DNA from: Klebsormidium nitens
Lineage: Eukaryota; Plantae; Klebsormidiophyceae
DNA length: 64,000 nucleotides
NCBI GenBank assembly: GCA_000708835.1
Contig: DF237171.1
Location: 71,572-135,571, forward strand
Direction: 5' to 3'
In this document: positions 1 through 16,511 of the stretch, in pieces
Numbering within the stretch: the first letter of the stretch is position 1
Layout: each line of letters begins with the position of its first letter
Translations under genes and position numbers: made by a program
Notes under the pieces: model-generated
The model's input: the letters and a program-made list of their open reading frames with translations, nothing else
The model's database searches: none
What the model was told of the DNA's origin: nothing

Positions 1-202
1 TGTACAAGATTGTGCCTGAGCCGACATATTGAAACAGCTTACAAAGAAGCAGGCAAAAACATATGAAGTGACAGCAGACCCTACCTCCATATTATCTTCA
101 AGCTGGGAACTGGATCGGGCGACGTTATCCTAGACGCTAAGCATGCATTTAATCAGCAACATCAAGCTCAGCAAGAGTACAAAAGCAGACAGCCTTTCTC
201 AC

Positions 203-1103
203 CTCGACTGAATGCTGCACAGACGCCTGAGTGTGCGAGTGCAAACACAATGTCCCTCGCCGCAACAATCTCGACTATCCGCGACCTTTTCTTGAGGAAG
301 GGAAGCCTCAAAAACTCGTGGGACTTGGGGTCATGAGTGTCAAACTCCTCCTGCATCATCAAGCATGTCAGTAATATATTTCAACGGAGAAATGGCTGCA
401 AGCTCGAAGAGCCCTATAAGGTTGAAGTCTGAAATATTTCTAAACTCCCTAGTGATTCCAAAATGTAAATGCACTTGAGATTCTCTTGAGTAGCTTGGAC
501 CATTCGTGCTGCAATCTTCTCCCTCCCCAGTGTCTTCTGATCTCGGCTAGCAAGATAAAGCAAACCTCGCTACAATGCGTGCCAGCGAGAGCTCTAGCTT
601 TCCTGCTCTATGGTTTGTGCATCATTAGTGCTGCTGATCAGAAAAGTAGGAGGACAGTCCAACCGGATCAGCAGGATGAAAAAGCCAAAAATAAATGGAT
701 GCTGTATACCGCGCTCCTCTGCTTACAACGCAGCCCAAAAACCATTGGGACCCTAGGTCGGATGTAAATCCCGCCAAACTTACAAGGCACGACAGTGGCT
801 CATCCATCAACATTATGGGTTACTTAACTTACTTCAAATGGATCTATAACAGCCTTTTGCAAGCTTAGAAGCACTTTTGCATGGTAGTTTCAGCATCCGG
901 GATCAGCTCACCAGCAGGCAGAAGTTTCTAAACTTTTCTGTGGAGTTCGTCCGGCTGATGGCCCAGTTCCCACTGGAGCTGATTTCCCGTTTCTGAAGTT
1001 TCCTTACAGAGTTCCTGCCGCCGTCCGGCAAAGATCTCTTCCCAGCCACAACCCTTTTCGAGCCCTGGGGTCGTGGGCTCGTTTGAACCGTCGCTTTCTC
1101 CAT
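203..1103 (-). CDS. Plant WD40/transducin-like conserved protein, 5' part only (continues beyond the left edge)
   Basis: Exons 1103-912 and 350-203 with GT/AG sites in phase give MEKATVQTSPRPQGSKRVVAGKR...FRNFCLL|EEFDTHDPKSHEFLRLPFLKKRSRIVEIVAARDIVFALAHSGVCAAFSR. From memory this matches the N-terminus of a conserved uncharacterised plant WD40-like family (Arabidopsis At2g38630/At3g54190 type). Not searched. Confidence 0.75.
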
Positions 1104-2676
1104 GCTACACGAAGCCAGCCTGCCTCCTTCGTATCCCCCAGAAAATCGAATGTTCCTTGTCCTTGACTGCCCAAGACTCTAAAGATTATCCCGCATTAAG
1201 CAGCTCATAGGTACTGCAAGGGACCTCAAGCTCGGATGCAGAAGTAACCGCCTCCTGCTTCTTGTCTCTCATGGCAGTTGGACCCCGGTTCAAACCACTG
1301 TTTGCTGCTAACTGTGCTTATTAAGAAACCGCCGTTCCGACACGAGCTGCAAGCATACGAGCAACAAAACAGGTGCAGATTTGGTACTTCAAGAAATTGT
1401 CTAAAGGACCAAAAATATGCTTACTCTGCATGAAAGGGTGAGCACATAAAAGGCACCTCCTGAAAGAGAACACGAAGCTAGCCTAAGCAGAAGGCTCTGC
1501 TACAACTGTACCCAGTCTCGTATGCTTCCACTGCTACCTGGCCCCTCCTAGCCTAGCTCTTAACCCTACAAGCTACAGAACCTCTGAGCAGGGTAAAGCA
1601 GGAGAGAAGCTCTGCAAGACTGCATGCTCTGCTCTGACAACGAGTGACCAATCTGGAAGGTCTTGCAAGCAGTCTGGACTTTGGACTCTGCACAGTGCAA
1701 CGGCCAGCTTGGCAAATTTGAATTCCCACTGCCCAGACTGATCCAGGAGGGCCTACTCGAGAGCCCGGTAGCTTTTGTCTGTTTGCATTCGCGACCGTTC
1801 AGTATCCAACGTATGGACTGTGAACCGTCGATCGAAACCACGGAATCTACTTTGAAGACCGGTGCTATATACCGTGGGGCGCTCCCTCACACGTGAGATG
1901 TATGTCTCCCTCTAGCCACTGGATGATTCATCGAACGGCTGAAAGGCCACCTTTTCTAAAGAATGATTTCGCTTTCACATTGGGAGGTTCCGACAAGCTG
2001 GCCAGTGGCCCAGCTCCCATCACATAGGTCCTCACACAACCAGGAACGGCATGCCGCCCAACTTGCCAGTTTCAAGTGGTGCGTGACGCGGTCTGCCCTG
2101 ACTTCGACCTATTAGTCCTAAGCCTGCATCCGCCAGTCACAAGAACGGTCCATACGAAGTAATGTAAGTTGAACCTTAGCCCTTGCTGGCCGCGCTGACT
2201 CAAACTTCTGGTTTTGGAACTTCATCGTGCACACATGCTGCAGGTTGAGTAGTGGTGACTATAAGCGGTCCTAACCATACATTCTATCGCCTGCAATCTC
2301 TCATCTACGGTACAATTCTCATCGCACTGGGCTGGCAAACTAGCTCAAGCTTGTGCATGGCGCCGGGACAAACGCAATACTCTTGGATTTCCCCACTATT
2401 GTCTAAGGTCACTCGATAAGACGTGACATCCACTTAAAGGCGTTATCTCGAGAAGGGCCGGGACCAGAACTTGTAAGTATAAAGGCTTAGCAACGCACAC
2501 CATTGGCCGGCTAGGGCAACACAGGCCACGCACGGATGTGACAAAGTGAGACTTGCGAGGACGCATGTTCGGCCACAACGAACTCGATAAGCGATATGGA
2601 TCGATGGGATGCCACTGGGCTTGCCCAATTTAGAACTCGTGCGGACTTCATGGTAAGTCGGCCACAGCCTTCTTAT

Positions 2677-7116
<4,440 letters not shown>

Positions 7117-8091
7117 CCTGCAGCGAAAGGGCGACAAACGGCAGCTGGCTTCTGTTCTTGTTTGTGGCACTTGCCCAGCTCATGGGCGTCCCCCTTCAAT
7201 TGTCACACATGCATTGTAATTTGTTGTAATCCTCATGGTGCAAATTCCGCGCGGAGTGCATGCGCTTATATGCGAAACTTTCGCGAGAACCTATGCATGA
7301 CAGCCTGAGCAGTTCGGAACGTAGTAGCGGTATACCTAGCTGGCACCGCGCGCGCCTCGTTGTGCACAGCCGATCGTGGCGTATGAAGTCGATTATGACT
7401 GCATTATATTGTGCTTTTTCAGTTTCTCAATGAGGAGCAAAGATCAGTGCTACAGCTGCAGCGCCTAGGTCACGTGCATCATTCACGTGGGAACAACACG
7501 CACACCTTTCCCGAGTCCTGGAGCACACATGCTCATGCCAATGGCATTGTGCACATGTCTCGAAAAGATTTGTGCGCGGGCAATATCTACCATACTAAAC
7601 CTTTTGGACAACAATCAACCTGCGGAGCCCTCAACAATATTCGACCGCACACATGAAGGTGCTGGCCCGGCAACAAGCGAGCAAGATGGCTCCGGCTAGT
7701 TATCCGGGTGTAGAGGTGTCAGAATAGCTTGTGCAAACGGCCTGGCAAGCACTCGATCAGAGTAAGTGAGCTTGTACGTACTGCGAGGTCGACTCTCGCG
7801 ATATATGAGACACGCAGGTCAATACCTCAACCCATGATGACTTGCTTGGCTAAAGCACGCCGGCGCAATGACCGTGATACATGGATTGAATTAGCACAGT
7901 TTTGCATAAGCCTCTTAATTGTCACGCAACTGTACGTGACTCTTTCCCAAGTGGTTTATCTAGCCTTCTGCCTAAAAGCTTGACGTGCAAAGCGGACTAC
8001 AAAGTAAGTTATCTACATCTATGTACCGGCCTGTTACGGTCGTTAACCAACATCAATTAGCGTGCTGACCAGCTACCTTGACGGTCGAAGC

Positions 8092-11000
8092 TTACGTGGG
8101 GACAGCTCCCGTGAATGCCATCCGCGGCGTGAAAGCAACAATAGGTTCGCCGCACACGGGAGACGCAAAGCGGCCCTGGGAGTGTACCAGCTGACCCCGG
8201 ACAAACGTGTGCTCGACTTTGCCGGTCACTTGCATGCCCTCGTAGGGTGTCAACTGCACGCGGAAACAGACTCTCTTGTTAAGTCTTTGTAAATTGAGCT
8301 CTTTAGATTTTGTACCGAAAGTTGTGCCCTGATTGATAAGTGCAAGGAATTTGTTTCCGTGGCGTCCTCCCCATGCCCAGAGAGCACAAACCCTTAGGCA
8401 GCAACACCGCACAGAAGCCCAGAAACCTTCCGATTCGGTGTGTGAATTCGCAAGAGACCGGCACAGCGGTAGGACAGAGGATGCGAACAACGTCATCCAG
8501 GGAAGCATGCTCGGGCAAATCCAACTGTGTGTAGTGCAGGAGCGAGGAAACCTATGACTTGATTGTGGACCCGAGGTTCACCTTGTTCTTGAACTGGATG
8601 GTGTCCTTGGATATGGTGTGCACTGCTTCCGGGTCCCAGATCACGAAGTCGGCGTCCTTGCCCGCCTCGATGGAGCCCTGCGCACATCGAAACAGACGTA
8701 TCCATCTGTGCTCCTGTTTTCGACAAACGCACTATTCCAAACTTTGCCACTAGCAGAAACGGACCTCAAATGCTGAGGTCCGTTTCAGTTGCTTCGTGTC
8801 GACGTTTCACTTCATATTGATGACGCAAACTTGGCAGTGGGCTCTGTCTTACTTTCGCGAGGTTCCAAACGGGTAGGCTTGAGGCTTGATTCATCCGTTC
8901 AAGGCTCATGTCTACCTCGTGTTCGCCGTAAAAGGGGCGCCGCTCAGACAAAAGGCTACTTGTGAATCTTTCGAGGCCATCACCCGGTTCTCAGCACAAC
9001 GTCAGGCTCAGGTACGAGATAGCACACGAGTAAGGTATTTGCAGCCCGTCACAGGGAAACGAGGTTCCGAATCGTTAGGGAATCTGCTAACGGTCAGCAG
9101 CGGCAACTTGCGAGGACGAAAAGCCTAGAAAGGAGAGTTTCACCTATCGGCAGATCAAAGGCGGAGTCCTCTTTGAAGCATCGCACAAAGAAGCCTTGAC
9201 TCAGATCTGGTGTCTGTGTCATACTTTCTTGGTACTGAAGCAGGTGTCGGAAACTTCCAGGAGGCGGTCCTTGTCGAGGAAAAGTACTCGATACCACAAC
9301 GATACTAGATACTATATACAGAAGATCCAAACACGCAGTAAAACGGGTAGAGATTCCAAAAAGAACCACATCGAAGGACAAAGCAGGATGTGAATACTAC
9401 ACACTTACAAACAGAGACACAACGTAAAGAAAGCGAATGAAAGCACCGGAAACGATCCTGCGAAGACACAAGCAGCAACGATCGAGGCTTGCAAAAACAG
9501 GTTCAGTACCCCTTCCGTCGCATCCGCCAGCGGGTTCCCTTCTTCAAGCAGTTCGGAGAAGAGGGCTGGCCGGACAGGAAGAGAGGAATTTGAAGCGGCC
9601 GAAGATCAAAAGCAGGTGGTTATTGATCACTACGAAAGCAAAGCGGAAGTCTCCAGGATGCACGCGAATTGGTGCACCTGAAATGCGTCCCGCTCACTTT
9701 GTTCTTCAGCTGGGCCAGCTCCGCGGGCTTCGTGCTCCACCACCGCGCAATGTCCTCAAGGGTCGCGCCCCGCTCCTTCGCACGCGTCCACGTGGCAGGC
9801 AGCCCGAACTGTACGGTGAACGAGAATCTTAATCAGATAGCGACAGCACGTCCAACGGCTTCAGGTTAACAAGGCGATTTTCTTCGGCTAACGGATCGAA
9901 TTAGAAACAGCAACTCACTGTGGAGTCTACACGACAGGAGAAGAGGATGCGGCAATCGGTGCAGCGCACTTCCACTATCAGAACAATCGAGAGACTGACC
10001 GCTAACTCTACCGTTTTCCGTACAACTTCGTTCGCGAACGCGATTAAAGGGGTTGTTCAACGGGCACGACTTAGTTTTGAGTAGGAAATCGGCGATGTGT
10101 AGCTGAGGAAAGCCGAAGGAGACGACGTAAGAACCAACGAAACGCCGGTGCCAGAAGAAAATCCAATCAGACGCTGCAGATGTCGCTTGAGCGGCCAGGA
10201 TACAGATCCAATCTTTTCTTTTCAGAGAAAAGAGAAGTATGAAGACAACTGTGAAAGAAAAGAGGGACTGATTCTGCTGAAGCGCTGCAATGGATACACT
10301 TGACGGTCAAAGGCAGTAGAACTAGACATGTTACCCAAAATGTCTCCTGGCGTACCTGCGTCGATGCGACGCCCCCCCAGGCCCTCAGAAAGTCGCCCTC
10401 CTCGAGCAGCTTCATCTCGGGGGGCGACGGCGAGTGGTCCGATGACAGCAGGTCGATTTGCCCGCTCAGCAGCCCCTCCCATAGCTTATCGCGGTTCGCC
10501 CGCCCTCTGATGGGCGGCGCACACTTATACTCGGTCCGGTTGTTACCAATCTCCTCGGCAGCGAAGCTGATGTAGTGGGTGCAGGTTTCGACGGTCAGCT
10601 TCGTGCCGGACGCACGGGCAGCGGTGATGAGCGGCAAGCTGTCCGCGTCTGACAGGTGGACCACGTGGATGTGGGCACGTGCCGACTCGGGGCTCGACCG
10701 AGCAGCGTCAATGAGCGCACTGATGGCCGCACGCTCCCTGTAAAACGAGCGAGTCCGTCAAGTTTGTGGAAGGTGGTAGGAGCGTTATTGAACGAGTAAA
10801 GGACCAACGGAAGACAGACAGATTAAGACGGCAACTTTCTACGCAATCAAAGAGCACGAGCAAAGAACCAAAGAAGCGGACGAATGCAGAGCACTGGTGT
10901 CGGCGAAAGGAGATTGGACAGATTTGAATCAAGGAAGCCTTGGTAGAAAGAAGCGCGTTTTCCATTTCGACCGAGCGAAAGACAATACCCACTGTGACGG

Positions 11001-14000
11001 GCTGAATCTCTGGTTCATTAGCAGCGCGAGAAATAACCTTGACAAGCGTGGACTGCCGCAAAGGCCTCTATGTGCACCTGCAAGAGATACATCAAGAGAC
11101 GAGATATGAGCACGCACCACTCGGGCGGCCGCGATTTGAGGTACGTTTCGTACACCTGCGGTGCGCCGGACAGCTCTTCGGACAGCGGCTGCGGCAGCTC
11201 CGAGTGCACCAGCAGGGGCAGCCCGTACCGGCCCAGCAGCGGCAACGCGGCCTGGCGAGTGCCACGTGGCAAGAGATGAGCGGACAGACAAAAAGGCATT
11301 GCTGGTTTGCGAGGTCCTTGACAACCGTCTTCACAACACGTTCTCAACTCCTGAGGAGAGACTCAAAGTTCCATGCGAGTCGCTCTGCGGCGCAGTGAGT
11401 AGCACCGTCTCCAATGGGTAGGGGCGTTGTTATCGACACGACCCAAGCAGACGAGGGCATTTCACAACAGACAAGCGACCGGCAATTGGACCCCGGCTTT
11501 CCGTAACTAGAAACGGGTTCTCTACTTTAAGCCCCACATTCAAGGCAGCGTCGTTCAGGAGATCCATTGGCTACCGCAACGTAGAGGAAGGCATTTCCAG
11601 AGCTTTGGACTTTTAAACGGATGCTCTTCAGAAGATGACAAGCAGGTGCAAGAATCTGCAAACGCATTCCGGCGGCTCAGTGCGCCCTTCTAACCCCGTT
11701 GCACGTGTTGAGAACGCTGCCTACCTTGATGTGGTCGATGCTGGTCTGCGGGAAGTCGCTGCCCGACGGACACATGAACGACTGCGAGGCGAGCGGCAAC
11801 TTTAATGAAACGTAAGACGCGATGGGTATTAGCGTGGAAGCGGGCACGCAGACCAAGCGTCTGGCAGAACAGCGTCTTGACACACGCTCGGCGATACAAC
11901 CGAGTTCAATTTGACGTAATGTTCAGAAGTTTCAAAGAATAGCTTCCTGGTTGGATGTGAAACCCAGGCTTGCTGCCGCTCTCCCCTCTCCCTTTACTTC
12001 CTCGCATCGGGTGTGGAAAAGCTCCTTTTGCTGGCGCTCTCAGACCAGGAAAGTTGCTAGGAACCTCCTTAAGCCGTCACTGTGTGGTCCCTCTTTAACG
12101 TACTTTCTTCACGATAATCAGCATAATTGCGCGTGAGGTAGGTTCCACGAACCAAGGCGCCTTTCTTAAGGCACCAGGATATGTATCTGATAAGAGATTA
12201 CCGTACTGATGAATCTAGGAATGCTCCCATCAATCTAGTGCTTGAGAAGACTTTCACGAAGCCTGATTTGTTAAGTGCGACCAGGAGCAGACTTTTTCTA
12301 AATTACAATTTTACTGCCTAAGAAAGACGAGGAACGTTGTGGCGATATTTGCAAACAGATTAACCAGAGCAAGGCGCGCACCTTGAGGCCGAGCACCCCT
12401 GCATCGAGCAGCTCTTGGAGCGCCGTTGTGTTGCCGCCGTTCTCTGGAGTAAGCCCCCCCCAGAAGCCTGGCAGCGCACAAGGTGCAGGTCAGCATGCAT
12501 AAGATTTTCATAAACGAACTTTCTCCTCCATTACATGTAACTTGCAGGAGTGACATTCACGGCTTCTTTGCTTTTACTCCTTGAGTATTGTTTGTTCTCC
12601 TTGAGGATTGTTTGTTCTCCTTCCGGGAAGCAAAGGCGGCTTGCCGGTGCGGGTTGAAGCATTGTGGTGCCCAAATCGGTCCGGCACGAGGGCACTGTCG
12701 GCTTACTCTGCGAGTGCAGGACAACTTCAGAAACAAGAAGTACTGCAAAGAGGCAGGTAACGGGTCGAGAAGGGGCACAGGACCTCACCCACGTCAATGG
12801 CAAGCTTGCCCTTCGATGCTTTCAGCTGCACAGAGTCGTCACGCTGATGTCAACTTCACATGCATGGGAAGGTTGAAAGACAGACGCTCGACCATTTCAC
12901 AGGCGAGTTCCCCATCAATTGTGGGGGTCGAACAATATTTGCAACACGAAGCACGAAGCACGAGAGTGCTCGAAGGTGCGGTTGGCGTTGCTCAGGTACC
13001 AACGAATTCATGTTTCATGCATCCCCACGGCGTCTACCATATATGGGGGGCGGTTTAAGGCATGCTGCCCGTGCAAGCTAAAGTCAGGCTTTGGAAAAAC
13101 GGACGAAATAGTAAGCACAGCATGCCGAGCGTGGATTGCGCCTGGCAATCGAAGTTGGGAAAAGAGAAAGTGCCCACGAGAAGGTTGTACAGAATGCGAA
13201 AGCAGTGTGTCAGAAAGCGAAGCATAATTTTTCGTGGCTACTGACTGTCGACCTAGGACTCCAGAAGGAGTCGAGACATGAAAAGAACGAGCCCAACCAA
13301 AGCAGCAACCCGAACCGACTCTGCGTCTGGAGACACATGCTGCACCTGCTCAAGAGGCCATTGGCCCTCGATTCTCAAAAACACGCTGTTCCTCTAAGCA
13401 CCGAACTGCGAGCTTTAAGAAGCATGACATTTCGAGAACAACATGACTTAAAAGTATTGGCTGCAGCCCTGTACAGTGATTGATAGAAGCTCAGGTCATG
13501 GGGTCTCCGGATGCGCTCACTTTCGCCTGCAGGAACTCTGGGGTCGTGGTGGTAGGGATGCTGTTGAGGGGCATGTCCACCACTGTAGTGAAACCCCCTG
13601 CAGCAGACAAAAGGTTGCAAAAAACGTCAGACAACTCCAAGTCTACTTGATTATTACAACCTGCACGATGAACGAGTACTCGGAAACATCCGGATCTTGT
13701 ATGATCATTTAGCCCCAGTCCTTCACTCTAGGTTCTTCTTAAATGCACTCAGGCACGCAAGAATCTGCAAAGGCTTTGCCTTCTGAGCTCTCATCTCACC
13801 AGCGGCGGCGGCCCTCGTCCCTGTTGCCAGGCCCTCCCAGTGCGTCCGCCCCGGCTCGCTCATGTGCATGTGCCTGCAGTCAATAGCGATTGTGTTGGCG
13901 CAGATTCTAACGTGCTTCCGTCACGAATACTTCCACTGCCTAGCCTGCCGCTCTGATGACAAAAGTTCAGCTGAGTCACTGGGGAGGGTACTGCAGAGTC

Positions 14001-15356
14001 TGAGGGCAGAGGCAACCAGCTTGGAACCGGGCACCATTTTCAAACTCTGTTGTGCGTTTGCAATTGCCAGCGTTGCAAACCAGATCAAAACTGCCCTAAT
14101 GTCTTCCAAAACTTCACAGCTGCTAGCTTTCACATCAACATCATCAAGACAGGCTTTCACTTCATTTTGGAAATCCTTCACACCTTCAAGAGCAGAACAG
14201 CAAGCGGCCCCTCCTGTAGCAGACCTAGTATCTTCTTGAGGAACCTTCGGCTAAAGGGTCTGTCTGGATGCAAGCCGCTAAGCAAGAAGCAGCCGCAGCA
14301 TGCAATTGGAGGGCCGTAGACTCACACATCGACGAGTCCTGGCATGATGACGGAGGTGCCATAGTCGAGCACAGGATGCCGGCCACCGGGGGGCTTTCTC
14401 GAACTCGGCGCAACCCATTGGATCACACCTCTCCGCACATGCACTGCAGGCAGGAAAGAACTGTCTACTCACGATGCACTGAACACTGAAGCACTCCACA
14501 CTCCATTGATGTGACGTAAGCTGATCCATCTAGGAAGGATTTGAGTGCTTGCCTACAAAGGTGGATTCATGGAAGCATGGGCGACTTTTCCTCAAGCTTA
14601 AAATAAGGCTTGATTGAGGCCCAGACCCAATGTGGTGGCACCTGGTGCCAGACATTCGCAACCCGTTTCCCATGCAGTTACTAGCTTGCTTTTGCAGACG
14701 GAGCGAAACCAGCATCAAGATCTTTCCAACATGAATAGGACGCAAACGCGAAGATTTACAGGACTACAGTGGTGTTTGGGGTGCAATGAGGGTCTATTCT
14801 CACCCGCTGCAGGAACGACACCATCGGGCGTCACAACCCGCTGGCTATACAGCGTGAACTCCTCCGCATTGAGCAGTCCACAGCGCTGCACATTTGAAAG
14901 AACAAAGTGAACGCTGCACATATTAGATATCAGAAGGCGCAACGTCACGACAGACATGTGAAATTTGAGTCCTTGCACCGATTTACGCTCAGAAATTTGT
15001 CACAACCACATTCGTAGATAGAAAACGAATAATCAGGTGCCAACCTGGCACTGCAGACATCAGCAAGCGGCCATTGGCAGCACCACTGGGCGGCGGGCTC
15101 TATTATAGCATGCAGACACCACCAAACAGATTGCAAAGAGGCCAGAAATAGGAATTCCCTGATTGAAAGACCAGGTTTGTGAAATGCTGCAAACAGAGAA
15201 CTTCCACGCTGCCTCAACCGCATCACGACTTGCCTGTCTGTCAGCGTACCATGCCTGAAACCAGCCACCGGTATCTGCATTCTCGGGTAGCTGGAAGAAC
15301 GCCCAAGCAGCTGCTGCAATCAGGATGGGCACGGCAGAGCTGCCTAGGAACTTCAT
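8092..15356 (-). CDS. ALN: Allantoinase (amidohydrolase), 13 exons, ~512 aa, N-terminal signal/anchor
   Basis: Exons 15356-15234, 14885-14804, 14443-14326, 13873-13800, 13597-13521, 12825-12789, 12467-12382, 11781-11725, 11251-11118, 10737-10356, 9808-9698, 8677-8582, 8253-8092 (1539 nt). Motifs: MPGLVDVHMH, GFTTVVDMPLNSIP, GFWGG, GLKSFMCPSG, LLVHSE, HVVHLS, ETCTHY, KCAPPIR, SSDHSP, AWGG, GSIEAGKDADFVIWDP. Intron 1 is probably GC-AG. Confidence 0.95.
12581..12620. repeat. 20-bp tandem duplication in an allantoinase intron
   Basis: TTGAG(T/G)ATTGTTTGTTCTCC x2, one mismatch. Confidence 0.9.
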
Positions 15357-15854
15357 GGCTGGACTTGTGATCAGGGGGGACGGGCTCCAGCAAACAACTA
15401 CCTAGGACGATCGCACTGCAAATGTGCAAATTGCAATATCAATAGGTATACCTACCGACAGTCGATGTCAGCAAAGCGAATCAGGTACGAGTCCGTACGA
15501 CGTACGTCACGTAGGCGAAGGGATCATCTGAATGCGGTAGATGTCATCACCTCTGCCACGACGACGAAGTTGAAGGCCTCTGACCGGTAGTCCCTATCCG
15601 AATCGCCGGGCGTGGCGTTTCTGGTCGTGTGGATTTTTGATTCCGGAGACACGTACCGTACCAGTAGAAGGCCCCGGGGTAGAACATGTTTGTATAAATT
15701 CGAATAGCTCACGGGCCCGGGGCCCCCTTGCCCACCCGGTTAGGTTTCCATCCGGGCAGTCGTGGTAGTGTGGGCCCTGAGCTCAGGCACGCAGCACGGC
15801 GGTAGTTTCACCGGCAGGGACGTGACAACACAGGAATCCGAGAACACTCGGCTC

Positions 15855-16236
15855 CAGAGATCGCGGCGAAATGCAAACCCGTAATGCACTAACCCTAATT
15901 CAAAATGCACTAATTGGCGCAATTCGGCGAAATTGGCGAAATACAAGGGCATTCGGCTTGCCGCTTATGCTGCAAGATACCTTTTCCTTATATCAATTTC
16001 CGGAGCGCAATATGCAGATTCTCAGAAGTCAATTCCCTGAGCTAAGCCCGCGATATCGACTGCTCTCGGTCTGATTTTGACCAACTTTGGTCTCAAAGCT
16101 GCTCACTTATGTGCATATAAGCGAATTATTTTGAGAATTGCGCCGGGTTGGCGAAATAGGGGCTCTGGGCGAAATATTGGCGAAATCCGGCGCAACCCCA
16201 ATTGGCGCAATCAATTAGGTTGTGCTACGATCTCTG
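15855..16236. mobile_element. Non-autonomous hAT-like DNA transposon (MITE), 382 bp
   Basis: TIRs CAGAGATCG (15855-15863) and CGATCTCTG (16228-16236), 11/13 matching if extended. Directly flanked by an 8-bp direct repeat CTCGGCTC (15847-15854 and 16237-16244). Subterminal GGCGAAAT x6 plus GGCGCAA variants at both ends. No ORF. Confidence 0.85.
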
Positions 16237-16511
16237 CTCGGCTCTACAAATGGTACCAGCCCATGTGCCTCGGTAGGTAGGCGCCCAGGCCCAGGGACTC
16301 CGAACTTTGAAGTCCGAACTCGGATCTGCACTCTGCATGTGGCTTTTCCGGACTTTCATAAATCTGGTGCCAGGTGCCTCCTTTCAACAAATTTTGTGGG
16401 GGAACATTCCTTCAGGTTCTCCTGAAGAACCTCCGTCCGAAAGGCACAGCGTCGCAGCATTGTGTCCACTGCCAAGAGGGCATCTCGAGCAGTCATCCCC
16501 CGGGGCTCAAG

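Noticed and set aside
2256-2274. TGACTATAAGCGGTCCTAA resembles the LSU rRNA / I-CeuI site TAACTATAACGGTCCTAA
   Set aside because: It needs one mismatch and one insertion, and the flanks show no rRNA similarity. Likely chance.
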